From positions 32,001 through 96,000 of the IMG/VR virus record IMGVR_UViG_3300029288_000095: DNA of 64,000 nucleotides; one strand, given 5' to 3'. Under the pieces are notes generated by a model. The model saw only the letters and a program-made list of their open reading frames with translations. It was not told the DNA's origin and did no database searches. Positions 19,906-28,989 of the stretch are shown here, piece after piece. The translations under genes and the position numbers were made by a program. The stretch's first letter is position 1; the number at the start of each line of letters is the position of its first letter. Source of the DNA: a virus (lineage: Duplodnaviria > Caudoviricetes).

Positions 19906-20940
19906 ATGCATGAACAGCTTGCACAATATGCCAAGCGCTATTCTGAAACAGACCTTGAAATTCTGTTGAAAGGCGGGCTTGAAGTTACGCATAAAATAGC
20001 TTCCAACATAGCCATCTATGAAGATAAAGTTCCGGTTGAAGAAGCAAAAGCACAGATAGAAAATGCCGATCTTATGTCGGCTGTTTTAGCGTGTATACAG
20101 GAAGAAGGTTTCATAGCTGAAATAAACGGCGAACATCTTGTTGTCGCTCAATCTTCCAAGTTTGAAGAAAAGCTTGCGAATAAGGTTTGGGTTGGCGATC
20201 ACGTTGGACAAGAACTTGTTCGTCAGGCAAAGAAAGCAAAAGAAAAGATGGTCAAGATACAACGTGTGCCGTCTAAGTTCGCAAAGCCGGCAGAAGAACT
20301 CGGCTGGGGAACACCTGGCTATACCTATTGTTCTGTTTGGAGAATACCAGCAACTCATACGATTGAAATAGGCGGATATGTCGTACCGGCATATATGGTT
20401 GGATATACACAGAAAATCATGCCGCGCTCGACGCAGTGGGGAACGAAGGAAAACGAAAATAAGCAGATCGTTCCTGACCGCGCAAAGATTTCAAAGCTTG
20501 AATCGGTGAACAGAATTCTCACAGCTATGGAAAGCTCGGCGCGTCTTGTTCAGAAAGAAAATCCCAAGACGGGCGAAAAGGAATGGGCGCTTGTTTCTAC
20601 GGATGATTCGGCTAAAACACTTAGGTATTTTGGACCAGATAAACCGTCAAATGAAGCTGTAGAAAAAGAAGAAAAGCGCGTTAATTATTTTAAGCATAAT
20701 GCACATTATCTTGGTTCTGAAAAATCAGTTAAGACATTCATAGAAATTGATGGAAATGAAAAAGACGTAGAAGTTTTTTTTGATTATACGCCAGCGGAAA
20801 AAGAAACTGGAACTGGCGAACAGCTTGTCATAAATCGGGTTATTGATGTTGCCACTGGTGATAAACTTGATCTGAATGAAGCGCAGATTGACGCGCTTAA
20901 AGAAAAGGCATTTGAGTCTCTTGAAAATGGCAAAGAATAA
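19906..20940 (+). CDS. putative head-associated multi-domain protein
   Basis: 344 aa; WALVS...LRYFG...EKRVNYFKH motif resembling phage head accessory proteins. Confidence 0.6.
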   Translation: MHEQLAQYAKRYSETDLEILLKGGLEVTHKIASNIAIYEDKVPVEEAKAQIENADLMSAVLACIQEEGFIAEINGEHLVVAQSSKFEEKLANKVWVGDHVGQELVRQAKKAKEKMVKIQRVPSKFAKPAEELGWGTPGYTYCSVWRIPATHTIEIGGYVVPAYMVGYTQKIMPRSTQWGTKENENKQIVPDRAKISKLESVNRILTAMESSARLVQKENPKTGEKEWALVSTDDSAKTLRYFGPDKPSNEAVEKEEKRVNYFKHNAHYLGSEKSVKTFIEIDGNEKDVEVFFDYTPAEKETGTGEQLVINRVIDVATGDKLDLNEAQIDALKEKAFESLENGKE

Positions 20941-23646
20941 ATGGCGAAACACACGGATTATGATTGGCTAACAACACGCGAAAGGAACTTGAAGAAGACG
21001 AAGAAAGATACGCGTCGGGAAATGGACATTGATATCGATGGACTTCCCCAAGAAAGCAACGGCGGTTACGATATGGTCGGGAAGCAAAGCCCGTCCGATA
21101 AGAATATAATAAGCCCAGTGGCGCATAGGACGAACAGGAGTACGACAATGAATATGCCAAAATGGATTGAAAAGGCGGCTAACATCTTCGTTGGCAAGAA
21201 GATAGGCGAAGAAAAGATAGTTACCGCATCCGAAAAGAATCCTAATCTGTCCGCCGTTGATGCATACCTTGACAAGAACAGAATTCATCTTAATGAATTT
21301 ATGTATACAAGCCTTTTGAAAAAGGCGGAAGCGGTTACGGTTAATTTGGCTTCTGACTTTAATACAATCGGCAAAATGGTCAAAGAGGTTTACGATGAAG
21401 CACTTCACCAAGCGCAGACTCCACAGCCAGTTGAAAAAACGGCTGGAAAATATGACTACACGTTTACCGCGAATATTGCGAAAGCGCAGAAATCGCAAGT
21501 CAAACAAACCGCTAGTGGATATACTACACTTGCTGAATGTATCTCTGATATCGCTGCCAAAATGAAAACAGAAGTAACATCTGACGAAATACAGGATGTT
21601 ACTAAACAAGTACAGAATGAAATAAGCAAGCGCCGCCATGCGTCTAATGACGATATAACTTCTCTGGTCGTAAAAGCTGTTGAAGTAATCGCGGCTAAGA
21701 AGACGGGCGTTAAACTTGCGCACAATGGTATCCGCACTACCGTTGATCAGATAAAACTTGAAGCGGCGCAAAAAGTGGCGATAGCCTCTACGCTTGAACA
21801 GAATAAAGTGACAAAAGTCAAGGCTGAAGCACTTTCAGAAGCGGCGAAAAAATCGGTGAAAGAAGCCGCTGAAAGAATGACATTTCCTAAAAATAAAGTA
21901 ACAGTTCAAAAGCAAGTAAATCTCCCCGAAGGTTATCAAAAGAAAGAAATGGATGAAGGAAAGGAAATTTCTACTCCAGCCACAAAACAAGCTGAAAAAC
22001 TTTTCCAAAAGATCGTCGATCAGTTTTCTGTCATTGCTGAAATAGAAGAAAAAGTGAAAATAAAGATAGAAGAAATAAAAAAAGAGGAAGGACTTCAGAA
22101 AGAAGTTGAAAAGATGGAAGCTGCCGTTACGGATCTTGCTACCCTCGCTGGAACAGCTCACAACAATGCAATACAAATTCAAAGCAAAGCTACGGCAGCA
22201 TATAATTATGCAGTTCTTGTTACGCACGAAAAGCAAAAAGAAGAACCTACTGAAGAAGAAATTGTTGCAGAGATGAAAAAGAAGATTCCATTTTTTGATC
22301 TTCAACAGTATAATGAAATGTCGAAAGCGCTTTCTGAATCAATAAAATCTATTAAAGCGGCTAAAGGATTTAAGCTTGTTGAAAAGTCTATGCCGGAACT
22401 GAAAATAGTTACGAAGGGTTCGCTGAATGTTACCGCAGAAGAATATGTTGATCTTGTTTCTGCTATAGAAACACTTTCGGCACAAGTATCTGAATTTAAT
22501 TCAGTTATGGAAAAAGATCTTGCGGAATTTGAATCCGTTGATCTCGGTGAAGAAGTAGCAGAAGAACAGATCGCGGCTTCAGCTAAACCGAAGCTTGAAA
22601 AGAAGGCTGAAGCTGATGATACGTACTATGTTGAAGTATCACTACAACCATCTAGCGGAGGATTTGGTGAATGGGCACGCCACGCAAATTCACATGGCCC
22701 TTACACAGAAAATGAAGTATACGGAGATATTTTTGATATATTAAATATGGCTAAAGAAAATATCGATAGAGAAATATATCAACTGGGAGAAGCTGATGTC
22801 CCAAAAGAAATTGATGATATCCGTGGTAAAATACATAATGAGCCAACTTTTGTTTTCGGTTATTTGGACGAAAACAATGAGCCAAAATATTTTGGCGTAG
22901 ATGAAATTGGAAAAAATGAAATCAAAGGTATGGAAAAAGAATCTTCTTGGAAATCCACTAAACCGCCCAGGCAGTGGTTCAATGAAAAAGCCAACGAAAT
23001 CAGCAAAGGAAATCCAGATTATACCGACGAACAAGTAAATGCTACCGTTGGTAAAATTTGGTCAGACATGAGCGAAAAGGATAAGGCGGCAAAACGCCAC
23101 AGCGAAGGCAAGGAATACGGTACGCCGAAAAAGGCTTCGCTCAACAAGCTTGGCAATGACTTCATGCTGCGCAAAGCTGGGTTCCCAGATCGTTACCCAT
23201 ACATCGACAAATGCCGTAACTGCGCATTCTTCTATAGCGGTCTTGGAACGGTATACGACAAGTGCGTAGACTGTATCCACTTCTACAGTGAACCTGAGTT
23301 GAAAGATATGGCAAAGGAAGATATCAGCGGATTGGGGGACTATTTTTATGATAAGAGCAACAAGTTCAATGTAGGGACGCCCGTATTCAATACGAAACAC
23401 GCTTCGCTTAAAGTAGACGCCACACAATATAACAAGCTTGATGAAGATTCAAAAAAGCTTGTAAAAGAAACCATTGCTCTTGAAAATGAGATATCTAGTC
23501 TAATGGAAAAACCCGGCAATAGGGATATTGTGAATAAAAAATATCAAGAGTACAAATCCCAAAGAGCATCTTTATCTGGAAAATATGGGTATCAAAACGA
23601 ATCGTTTAATGAAGCGGTTAAACAATATATGAAAAGTAATTCTTAA
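20941..23646 (+). CDS. large coiled-coil/multi-domain protein, putative internal head polyprotein
   Basis: 901 aa; many KxAS/KxAE motifs; C-terminal small domains (NPDYTDEQ, CxxC). Confidence 0.6.
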   Translation: MAKHTDYDWLTTRERNLKKTKKDTRREMDIDIDGLPQESNGGYDMVGKQSPSDKNIISPVAHRTNRSTTMNMPKWIEKAANIFVGKKIGEEKIVTASEKNPNLSAVDAYLDKNRIHLNEFMYTSLLKKAEAVTVNLASDFNTIGKMVKEVYDEALHQAQTPQPVEKTAGKYDYTFTANIAKAQKSQVKQTASGYTTLAECISDIAAKMKTEVTSDEIQDVTKQVQNEISKRRHASNDDITSLVVKAVEVIAAKKTGVKLAHNGIRTTVDQIKLEAAQKVAIASTLEQNKVTKVKAEALSEAAKKSVKEAAERMTFPKNKVTVQKQVNLPEGYQKKEMDEGKEISTPATKQAEKLFQKIVDQFSVIAEIEEKVKIKIEEIKKEEGLQKEVEKMEAAVTDLATLAGTAHNNAIQIQSKATAAYNYAVLVTHEKQKEEPTEEEIVAEMKKKIPFFDLQQYNEMSKALSESIKSIKAAKGFKLVEKSMPELKIVTKGSLNVTAEEYVDLVSAIETLSAQVSEFNSVMEKDLAEFESVDLGEEVAEEQIAASAKPKLEKKAEADDTYYVEVSLQPSSGGFGEWARHANSHGPYTENEVYGDIFDILNMAKENIDREIYQLGEADVPKEIDDIRGKIHNEPTFVFGYLDENNEPKYFGVDEIGKNEIKGMEKESSWKSTKPPRQWFNEKANEISKGNPDYTDEQVNATVGKIWSDMSEKDKAAKRHSEGKEYGTPKKASLNKLGNDFMLRKAGFPDRYPYIDKCRNCAFFYSGLGTVYDKCVDCIHFYSEPELKDMAKEDISGLGDYFYDKSNKFNVGTPVFNTKHASLKVDATQYNKLDEDSKKLVKETIALENEISSLMEKPGNRDIVNKKYQEYKSQRASLSGKYGYQNESFNEAVKQYMKSNS

Positions 23647-23933
23647 AACAACGGATTACCATCTTCATCATACGGCAAATCGAAAATAATATTTAGATTT
23701 TCACCGACAAATATTCGCCACGATGATTCCATATCAAACAACGTTTTTGTTGTTTCAAAAGCAAATTTATAATATGGCATTATATTTATAAATTTCGTTG
23801 TGAAACTTATTGCGTTGATAAATATGTGTACAAGCAAGAAACGCATAGGCATAAAGAATATATTGAATAAAACGTCAGTAATCTTATCCCGCGTATGCGC
23901 ATTCGGGATCAGCATCGTTAATATGTTTTTCAT
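23643..23933 (-). CDS. hypothetical protein
   Basis: AAGGAGT RBS, downstream of promoter 23982. Confidence 0.65.
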   Translation of the reverse strand: MKNILTMLIPNAHTRDKITDVLFNIFFMPMRFLLVHIFINAISFTTKFINIMPYYKFAFETTKTLFDMESSWRIFVGENLNIIFDLPYDEDGNPLF

Positions 23934-23954
23934 ACGTTCAACTCCTTCAAGTAT

Positions 23955-23982
23955 AATATAACATATATCCAGAAAAAGTCAA
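23955..23982 (-). promoter_or_regulatory. sigma70-like early promoter
   Basis: TTGACT-N16-TATATT, near-identical to 1527/1968. Confidence 0.75.
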
Positions 23983-23990
23983 GCGGAATA

Positions 23991-24189
23991 AATACTGCGG
24001 ATCGCTGAAAAACATGTGTGAAATACCTTTCGTGCCACCTATATAATAGGTCACGGAGTTACCACCGTTGCCGGACTTCCACGCATCGCAGATAGGCGTG
24101 GACGGAAAACGGGCAGTAGCTTGCTGCCCGCGCCGAGTTGTTAGATCACACATGTTTGTTTTTTAACATTTTCAGCGATCCGCAGTATT
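23991..24189. ncRNA. 199-nt structured element closed by a perfect 21-bp inverted repeat
   Basis: AATACTGCGGATCGCTGAAAA 23991-24011 / 24169-24189; inner 12-bp IR; internal hairpins. Confidence 0.55.
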
Positions 24190-24215
24190 CACGTCCAAGA
24201 TTATATAGTAAATCA

Positions 24216-24410
24216 CTAAAAGTGCTTCATGAAAAACTTGTCTATTACTGCCTCAAATCGCTTTTCCATTTCTGAATTAATACCAATTCCCTCGCCATTA
24301 TTGATACTTAAATACAGTCTGCATCCATATATGTTTTCATCAGAAATAACATACTTCCCGACACGAATGTTCGTAATTTTTTGGTCTTTTTTAGTGTTCG
24401 ATGTATCCAT
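24216..24410 (-). CDS. hypothetical protein
   Basis: AAGGAGT RBS. Confidence 0.65.
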   Translation of the reverse strand: MDTSNTKKDQKITNIRVGKYVISDENIYGCRLYLSINNGEGIGINSEMEKRFEAVIDKFFMKHF

Positions 24411-24425
24411 AAAAACACTCCTTAT

Positions 24426-24636
24426 TTACGTCCAAGATTCTACCGTATTTATGAGATCATCAATCCTATGTATTTGGTACGCGCTATTGAATGACGGGCG
24501 ACCGCCATACATAGGTATTTCAAAAAGGAAAAAACAATCATTCTTTTTCCAGATTTCTGCTTTGCCGTAGTCGCTTTCAGGGATTACGTATACTTCGCCG
24601 TCTTTAAGATTAAGAATTTGTTCTTTATCAGTCATT
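24426..24636 (-). CDS. hypothetical protein
   Basis: track 24426..24722; probable start at MTDKEQ (start approximate). Confidence 0.55.
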
Positions 24637-24645
24637 TTATTTAAC

Positions 24646-24888
24646 CTATCGTACTTTACGCCGATATTCATTGTTGAATTCAGCAACTTTTTTAAATGTA
24701 TTATAGTTAACAACCCATCCAAGCCCAGCAGAATAAACTTGATCTGTTTTATTAACTTTTTCTCCGATATTGAGATATCTGTAACCGTCCATGCTGTCTG
24801 AATATTTTTTGAAATAAATATAATTAGAATTTTGGCATATATTCCTTATCGCATGTGTGCAATCTCGATAACATTTATTACATTTCAT
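24646..24888 (-). CDS. Cys-rich hypothetical protein
   Basis: CNKC...C...C. Confidence 0.6.
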   Translation of the reverse strand: MKCNKCYRDCTHAIRNICQNSNYIYFKKYSDSMDGYRYLNIGEKVNKTDQVYSAGLGWVVNYNTFKKVAEFNNEYRRKVR

Positions 24889-25552
24889 TTTTTTTATCTA
24901 CCTTCTTCATTCTAAAATCAGATGTATAACGATGTGTAGGACCGAATAGTTTTTCTTCAAAACCGCAATGTGGGCATTTTCCTTTATAATATCCGCCCAT
25001 CATTGCGGGAAGATCTTCAAATTCGCTCTTATATATCGGATAACCGCATTTCCAACAGATTTGCATGTCATCTTTAACATACATGGTTTTATCTTTATTA
25101 TTGACAAGTTGAATCTTTAAATCATTTTCAAGTATATGTTTTTCAATTCGATTAACAATATCATATTTTTTTTCACAGTCCATGCAAATATCTGCCGTAT
25201 TTGTAAATATAAGACAGCCAGTATTAAACTGATAGCCGCGATAATACAAGGGCTTATCCATATTTTTTTGCCCTTTATAATGACGCCGAGAACTTCGGGA
25301 ATATGTTTCATAATCGTATTTTTTATCACAATAAGAACATGATCTCATTCTATCTATACGGTAATTAAATTGTCCGCTTGTTAATGATTTTGATATAATC
25401 TCATTCATTAAGGGCAATTCAAATCCTATACTTTTTTCATATTTTTTTTTATTTATTATTTCTTGTACTCCATGCGACACCTTCCCATCAAGAAGAAGAA
25501 GCTCTTCGTACTTTAATGAAACATTCGTAGTGTTAATCATTTTTCGGCTCAT
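24878..25552 (-). CDS. zinc-binding hypothetical protein
   Basis: Four CxxC pairs in 224 aa. Confidence 0.7.
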   Translation of the reverse strand: MSRKMINTTNVSLKYEELLLLDGKVSHGVQEIINKKKYEKSIGFELPLMNEIISKSLTSGQFNYRIDRMRSCSYCDKKYDYETYSRSSRRHYKGQKNMDKPLYYRGYQFNTGCLIFTNTADICMDCEKKYDIVNRIEKHILENDLKIQLVNNKDKTMYVKDDMQICWKCGYPIYKSEFEDLPAMMGGYYKGKCPHCGFEEKLFGPTHRYTSDFRMKKVDKKNEM

Positions 25553-25802
25553 ATTCTTTTACGTAGTTATCTATCCCACCACAAGCGATTACTTTATCAA
25601 TGCGCGTACCGCGATCCTTATAATCAAGTTTATGACCTATTATAATTTCGATCATACCTTTAGCAATTGCCTTATGTCGGATGTATTCATTTTTTGGTTT
25701 GCTTTTTTTCATAGCCATATCTATAAGTGTGGCAAGTTCGCAATCTGTGTAATACAAAAATGCATCATCTACGCTACGGATATTGTGTTCGGTTATTATC
25801 AT
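25533..25802 (-). CDS. hypothetical protein
   Basis: AAGGAGT RBS. Confidence 0.65.
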   Translation of the reverse strand: MIITEHNIRSVDDAFLYYTDCELATLIDMAMKKSKPKNEYIRHKAIAKGMIEIIIGHKLDYKDRGTRIDKVIACGGIDNYVKEYEPKND

Positions 25803-25829
25803 TTTACCACTCCTTTTTATTTATAAACA

Positions 25830-25997
25830 ATTTTGCGCTCACTAGGAGCGGCCAATAACAGGGCTGATATCTATCCCTACAATTTGGCAGCATGGCGGCA
25901 ACCACACCCATTGCTAATCCATTCATTCTTGCCAGAGAATTGTAGATATAGCCATTGAAGTCGTTTCAGACTCCGCTACCCCCAGTCAACGCAAAAT
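25830..25997 (-). ncRNA. ~170-nt rod-shaped RNA, 6S-RNA-like architecture (array 1, unit C)
   Basis: Closing stem ATTTTGCGTTGACTGGGG/CTCCTAGTGAGCGCAAAAT, central bubble, internal stem; preceded by boxA-like 26001-26012. Confidence 0.55.
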
Positions 25998-26027
25998 TTT
26001 TTTTCAAAGAACAATAAGAAAAAAGGT

Positions 26028-26248
26028 AGCGCAACTTCCTTCATGACAACGATAGCCTTTATCCCACGATAACGGGAGGCTAAATCATGTTTTATTTGTT
26101 TCTACTTCTTAGGTTCTCAACACCGCTTCATTGCCTCTGGTAACAACGGAGGTCCTAGACGCTCCGTAAAGGTATCTTTCAACCTGAATAATGAACGGGT
26201 AAGTTTCCTTAACCCGCAGGCTCCGCGATGCACCGTAAATAGTGCGCT
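26028..26248 (-). ncRNA. ~220-nt multi-branched RNA (array 1, unit B)
   Basis: AGCGCA/TGCGCT end pairing; hairpins CGGGTTAAG-GAAA-CTTACCCG, ACGGAG/CTCCGT, TAGCCT/AGGCTA; boxA-like 26248-26259. Confidence 0.55.
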
Positions 26249-26270
26249 TTTCAAAGAACAATAATAAAAA

Positions 26271-26440
26271 ATCCTTCCTATCTACGCCTTCAGCCGTAAG
26301 GCACTAATGGATTCCTCTTTCGAGGCTATCCTCACATAGCGGAGAAGTATGCCTAATCCTGTGCCAGGCTTGACACTTTGAAACATCTTTACCATTCAAG
26401 GAATAGTGTTCTGGCTCTAAAGGCTCCTTCTCGGAAGGAC
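26271..26440 (-). ncRNA. ~170-nt multi-branched RNA (array 1, unit A)
   Basis: GTCCTTCC/GGAAGGAT closing stem then T-tract; GCCAG/CTGGC, CCTC-GAAA-GAGG, GCCTT/AAGGC; boxA-like 26443-26452. Confidence 0.55.
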
Positions 26441-26458
26441 TATCAAAGAACTACGTAT

Positions 26459-26486
26459 AATATACTATAAATCGTAAAAAAGTCAA
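26459..26486 (-). promoter_or_regulatory. sigma70-like promoter of ncRNA array 1
   Basis: TTGACT-N16-TATATT directly followed by AGTTCTTTGA. Confidence 0.75.
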
Positions 26487-26743
26487 GCGTTATTTATCTT
26501 ATTAAGTTCGTCTATAAGCCTTTGATTTTCTATAGATACGGAATCACATATTTCTTGCATTCTTTCTTTTTCGCGTTTTAGTTCTTCAAACTGCAACAAG
26601 AGTTGGCGATAAGCCGCATCACCATCTTCATTTTTCTTTTTAAGATTATCTATTGCAATGTAAGCGGCAGTAAGTGCAAAAATAGCGTCTAGTCTTGGTT
26701 CTTCTGAATGCTGTATGTCTTGAATGTCTTCTTGAAGGCTCAT
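26483..26743 (-). CDS. coiled-coil hypothetical protein
   Basis: ORF. Confidence 0.6.
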   Translation of the reverse strand: MSLQEDIQDIQHSEEPRLDAIFALTAAYIAIDNLKKKNEDGDAAYRQLLLQFEELKREKERMQEICDSVSIENQRLIDELNKINNA

Positions 26744-26746
26744 GTT

Positions 26747-27328
26747 TCACCATCCTGTAAATAATAAATAATTTTTATCGAAATCGAATGTCTTGTATAT
26801 TCTTACAAGATCAAACACTTGATATTCGTATGCATCTGATTTTACCAGGTGTTCAGATTTTTTATCAAGGTTGTATGGCGTAAAGCCGTAATCACTTTTC
26901 CAATTACACTTCAGACGATTATTTATAAAACCATATAAATTAGATTTGCTTATCGCGTCAAAATCTTTATTTTCCAGACCAGTGATAAGCGCATCAAATA
27001 TTTCTTGTAGATAATCGCCCATTTCTTTGTGGATGAATTCTATTTGCACTTTGACAAATTCATCATCTACCATCCAAAAATCATATTCGCGGGTCATGTA
27101 TTTATGGGTATCCATGTTGAGAAAAAAACATCTTTTATACTCTTTACCGTCACCTCCCCAATATTTTCCAAATTCATATAATTCTTTTGTAGGGATATCA
27201 TGCGGTGAAACATAATATCCTTCACCATCATATTCCCCATATTTCTTTTTCAATTCATCTACGGTAAGAGTTCGTATCTTATCACCTTTTTTCTTTGAAA
27301 TGCACTGAAGATATTGTCTGTAACCCAT
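26747..27328 (-). CDS. hypothetical phage protein (MGYR...GW)
   Basis: 193 aa with AAGGA RBS. Confidence 0.7.
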   Translation of the reverse strand: MGYRQYLQCISKKKGDKIRTLTVDELKKKYGEYDGEGYYVSPHDIPTKELYEFGKYWGGDGKEYKRCFFLNMDTHKYMTREYDFWMVDDEFVKVQIEFIHKEMGDYLQEIFDALITGLENKDFDAISKSNLYGFINNRLKCNWKSDYGFTPYNLDKKSEHLVKSDAYEYQVFDLVRIYKTFDFDKNYLLFTGW

Positions 27329-27464
27329 TTTTATATTCCTTTTTTAATTCTTGCGCGTCTTGTATTATAATCAATAATTTCTGTTATTATGGCAAATATA
27401 ATTTCTAGCATTGGTACAAGAAATATTGATATACAAAAGAAAATAAATAATATGGGTAAAAATT

Positions 27465-27611
27465 TCATTTCTTACCAACCTTGCGCGGCTTGCGCTTTGG
27501 TTTTATAACCATAAGTATCTTATGGCAGTCGCATTCACATAGCCACTGTGCTAAAGGTACTTGATTGATAACTCTGCCCTTTTTATGACCGCACTCTAAA
27601 CATTTTGACAT
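27465..27611 (-). CDS. small Cys-rich protein with KPKRKPRK tail
   Basis: Read manually (MSKCLECGH...KPKRKPRKVGKK). Confidence 0.55.
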   Translation of the reverse strand: MSKCLECGHKKGRVINQVPLAQWLCECDCHKILMVIKPKRKPRKVGKK

Positions 27612-27617
27612 CAGCAT

Positions 27618-27785
27618 TCACCATTTCACCTTAGACTTACGTTTAAGCGGCTTGCGCTTGGGTTTCCAATTTGTACATACAACATAATCATATAGGCATC
27701 TTTCTGGAATACCGTTTTTTGTTTCAGAAATGCACTTTGTGTTCCCAGCATCGCAAGCATCGCATACATACTTTTTATATTTCAT
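27618..27785 (-). CDS. small Cys-rich protein with KPKRKPLKRK tail
   Basis: Read manually (MKYKKYVCDAC...KPKRKPLKRKSKVKW). Confidence 0.55.
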   Translation of the reverse strand: MKYKKYVCDACDAGNTKCISETKNGIPERCLYDYVVCTNWKPKRKPLKRKSKVKW

Positions 27786-28018
27786 TCTGCATCCACCTTC
27801 ACCGCTGACGGTACTGCAGCGCGTTTCAAGTGTTGTTTACAAAATAATTCACCGGTAACAGGTTTTCGTGAACATTGCTTAAATAACAACCCTGACGGTA
27901 TTTCCATCGCGCATTTATTTTCTTGATACGCACGTCCATTCGGCATACCTGGCCATGATCCGTACCTATAAAGTCGCGCTTCATCTTTTGTTTTCGGTAG
28001 ATTTATCATATACATCAC
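27782..28018 (-). CDS. CCCH zinc-finger phage protein
   Basis: YRYGSW...C...QCSRK...FCKQH; probable start 28009. Confidence 0.65.
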   Translation of the reverse strand: MMYMINLPKTKDEARLYRYGSWPGMPNGRAYQENKCAMEIPSGLLFKQCSRKPVTGELFCKQHLKRAAVPSAVKVDAE

Positions 28019-28245
28019 TCCTTATCGTTAGCTGACGGGGCGGTAGTGCGCTCAACGCTGTTGTTTGGAAGTTCAAAAAATGGCGTTTTGTCTTTTTTAT
28101 CAGTGAAAGCCTTCCCATTGCAACTACAGCACCCGTAAGTATTACCTGAATATAAATAAACCACATCTCCTTTTTTATAATCCCTTTGTAGCCAAGAGCA
28201 TTCGCTTTTCAATACATCCCGTATCAATATATATTTATTTTCCAT
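28015..28245 (-). CDS. hypothetical phage protein
   Basis: ORF in coupled array. Confidence 0.65.
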   Translation of the reverse strand: MENKYILIRDVLKSECSWLQRDYKKGDVVYLYSGNTYGCCSCNGKAFTDKKDKTPFFELPNNSVERTTAPSANDKE

Positions 28246-28248
28246 ACA

Positions 28249-28485
28249 TCACTCATTATCGTTAGCTGACGTGGCGTCAGTGCTCTTCAAGTGTTTTTCT
28301 ATTGCGCGTATACACGCTTTTACTTTTGGTATGTCAGATATTAGCAATTCAATTGTACCGCCATTGCCATGACCTGCATTTGGGTATAAGTACATTTCTG
28401 AATCTGTAGATATATAAACTGATTCCCTGCGTATTTCAGCCGAAAAACTCCCCATAGATTTAGTTTGATTCAAACATAGCCCCAT
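28249..28485 (-). CDS. hypothetical protein
   Basis: AAGGAGT RBS. Confidence 0.65.
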   Translation of the reverse strand: MGLCLNQTKSMGSFSAEIRRESVYISTDSEMYLYPNAGHGNGGTIELLISDIPKVKACIRAIEKHLKSTDATSANDNE

Positions 28486-28488
28486 ACA

Positions 28489-28773
28489 TCACTCCTTTGC
28501 GGCTTCGGCGTTAATCTTTATCATTGCCTCACATAATTTTGTGCCGATACAAGGCGATTTGTAACCACACATTTTACATATTTCAACAGACGCAACTATA
28601 AGCATGTTAAGCTTAACCTTCCGGAGTGCGGCGGCGTGGTCGGATTTAAGTTTTGCAATTTCTTTCTTCATCTGCTCGTTGTTATACTTTAATTGGCAAG
28701 CGGTTGCATGATATTTATTACGTTCAAGACTTATTTCAGTGATTTTATTTTCAAGTTTTTCAATCATTTTCAT
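28489..28773 (-). CDS. hypothetical protein
   Basis: GGAGGA RBS. Confidence 0.6.
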   Translation of the reverse strand: MKMIEKLENKITEISLERNKYHATACQLKYNNEQMKKEIAKLKSDHAAALRKVKLNMLIVASVEICKMCGYKSPCIGTKLCEAMIKINAEAAKE

Positions 28774-28779
28774 TAGTTT

Positions 28780-28989
28780 TTATCCTCCTGTTCCTGTGCT
28801 ATTTATACACGATTTTTTTAATTCAGTGCTCATAGTGAACCGCTGGAGATACGTACACGTTTCCGCGCATTTATCCACTTTCGTTTTTGAATAAACGCCC
28901 CATCCAGCATCGCAGTATTTACATGGCAATATTCCAAGTTCAAGCGCACCTTCCGGATTCAGAGGTACAATTTTTACATTTTCGCTCAT
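28780..28989 (-). CDS. Cys-rich hypothetical protein
   Basis: PCKYC...C...C. Confidence 0.6.
   Translation of the reverse strand: MSENVKIVPLNPEGALELGILPCKYCDAGWGVYSKTKVDKCAETCTYLQRFTMSTELKKSCINSTGTGG

Noticed and set aside
13116-23427. Many Phe/Ser/Leu-rich - strand ORFs in the late region
   Set aside because: Antisense artefacts of K/E-rich + strand genes
24025-24140. Twister/hammerhead ribozyme or complete retron
   Set aside because: TAACTCC and AAGTCCGG are present but the required pairings could not be built; there is no CTGANGA core and no reverse transcriptase in the window
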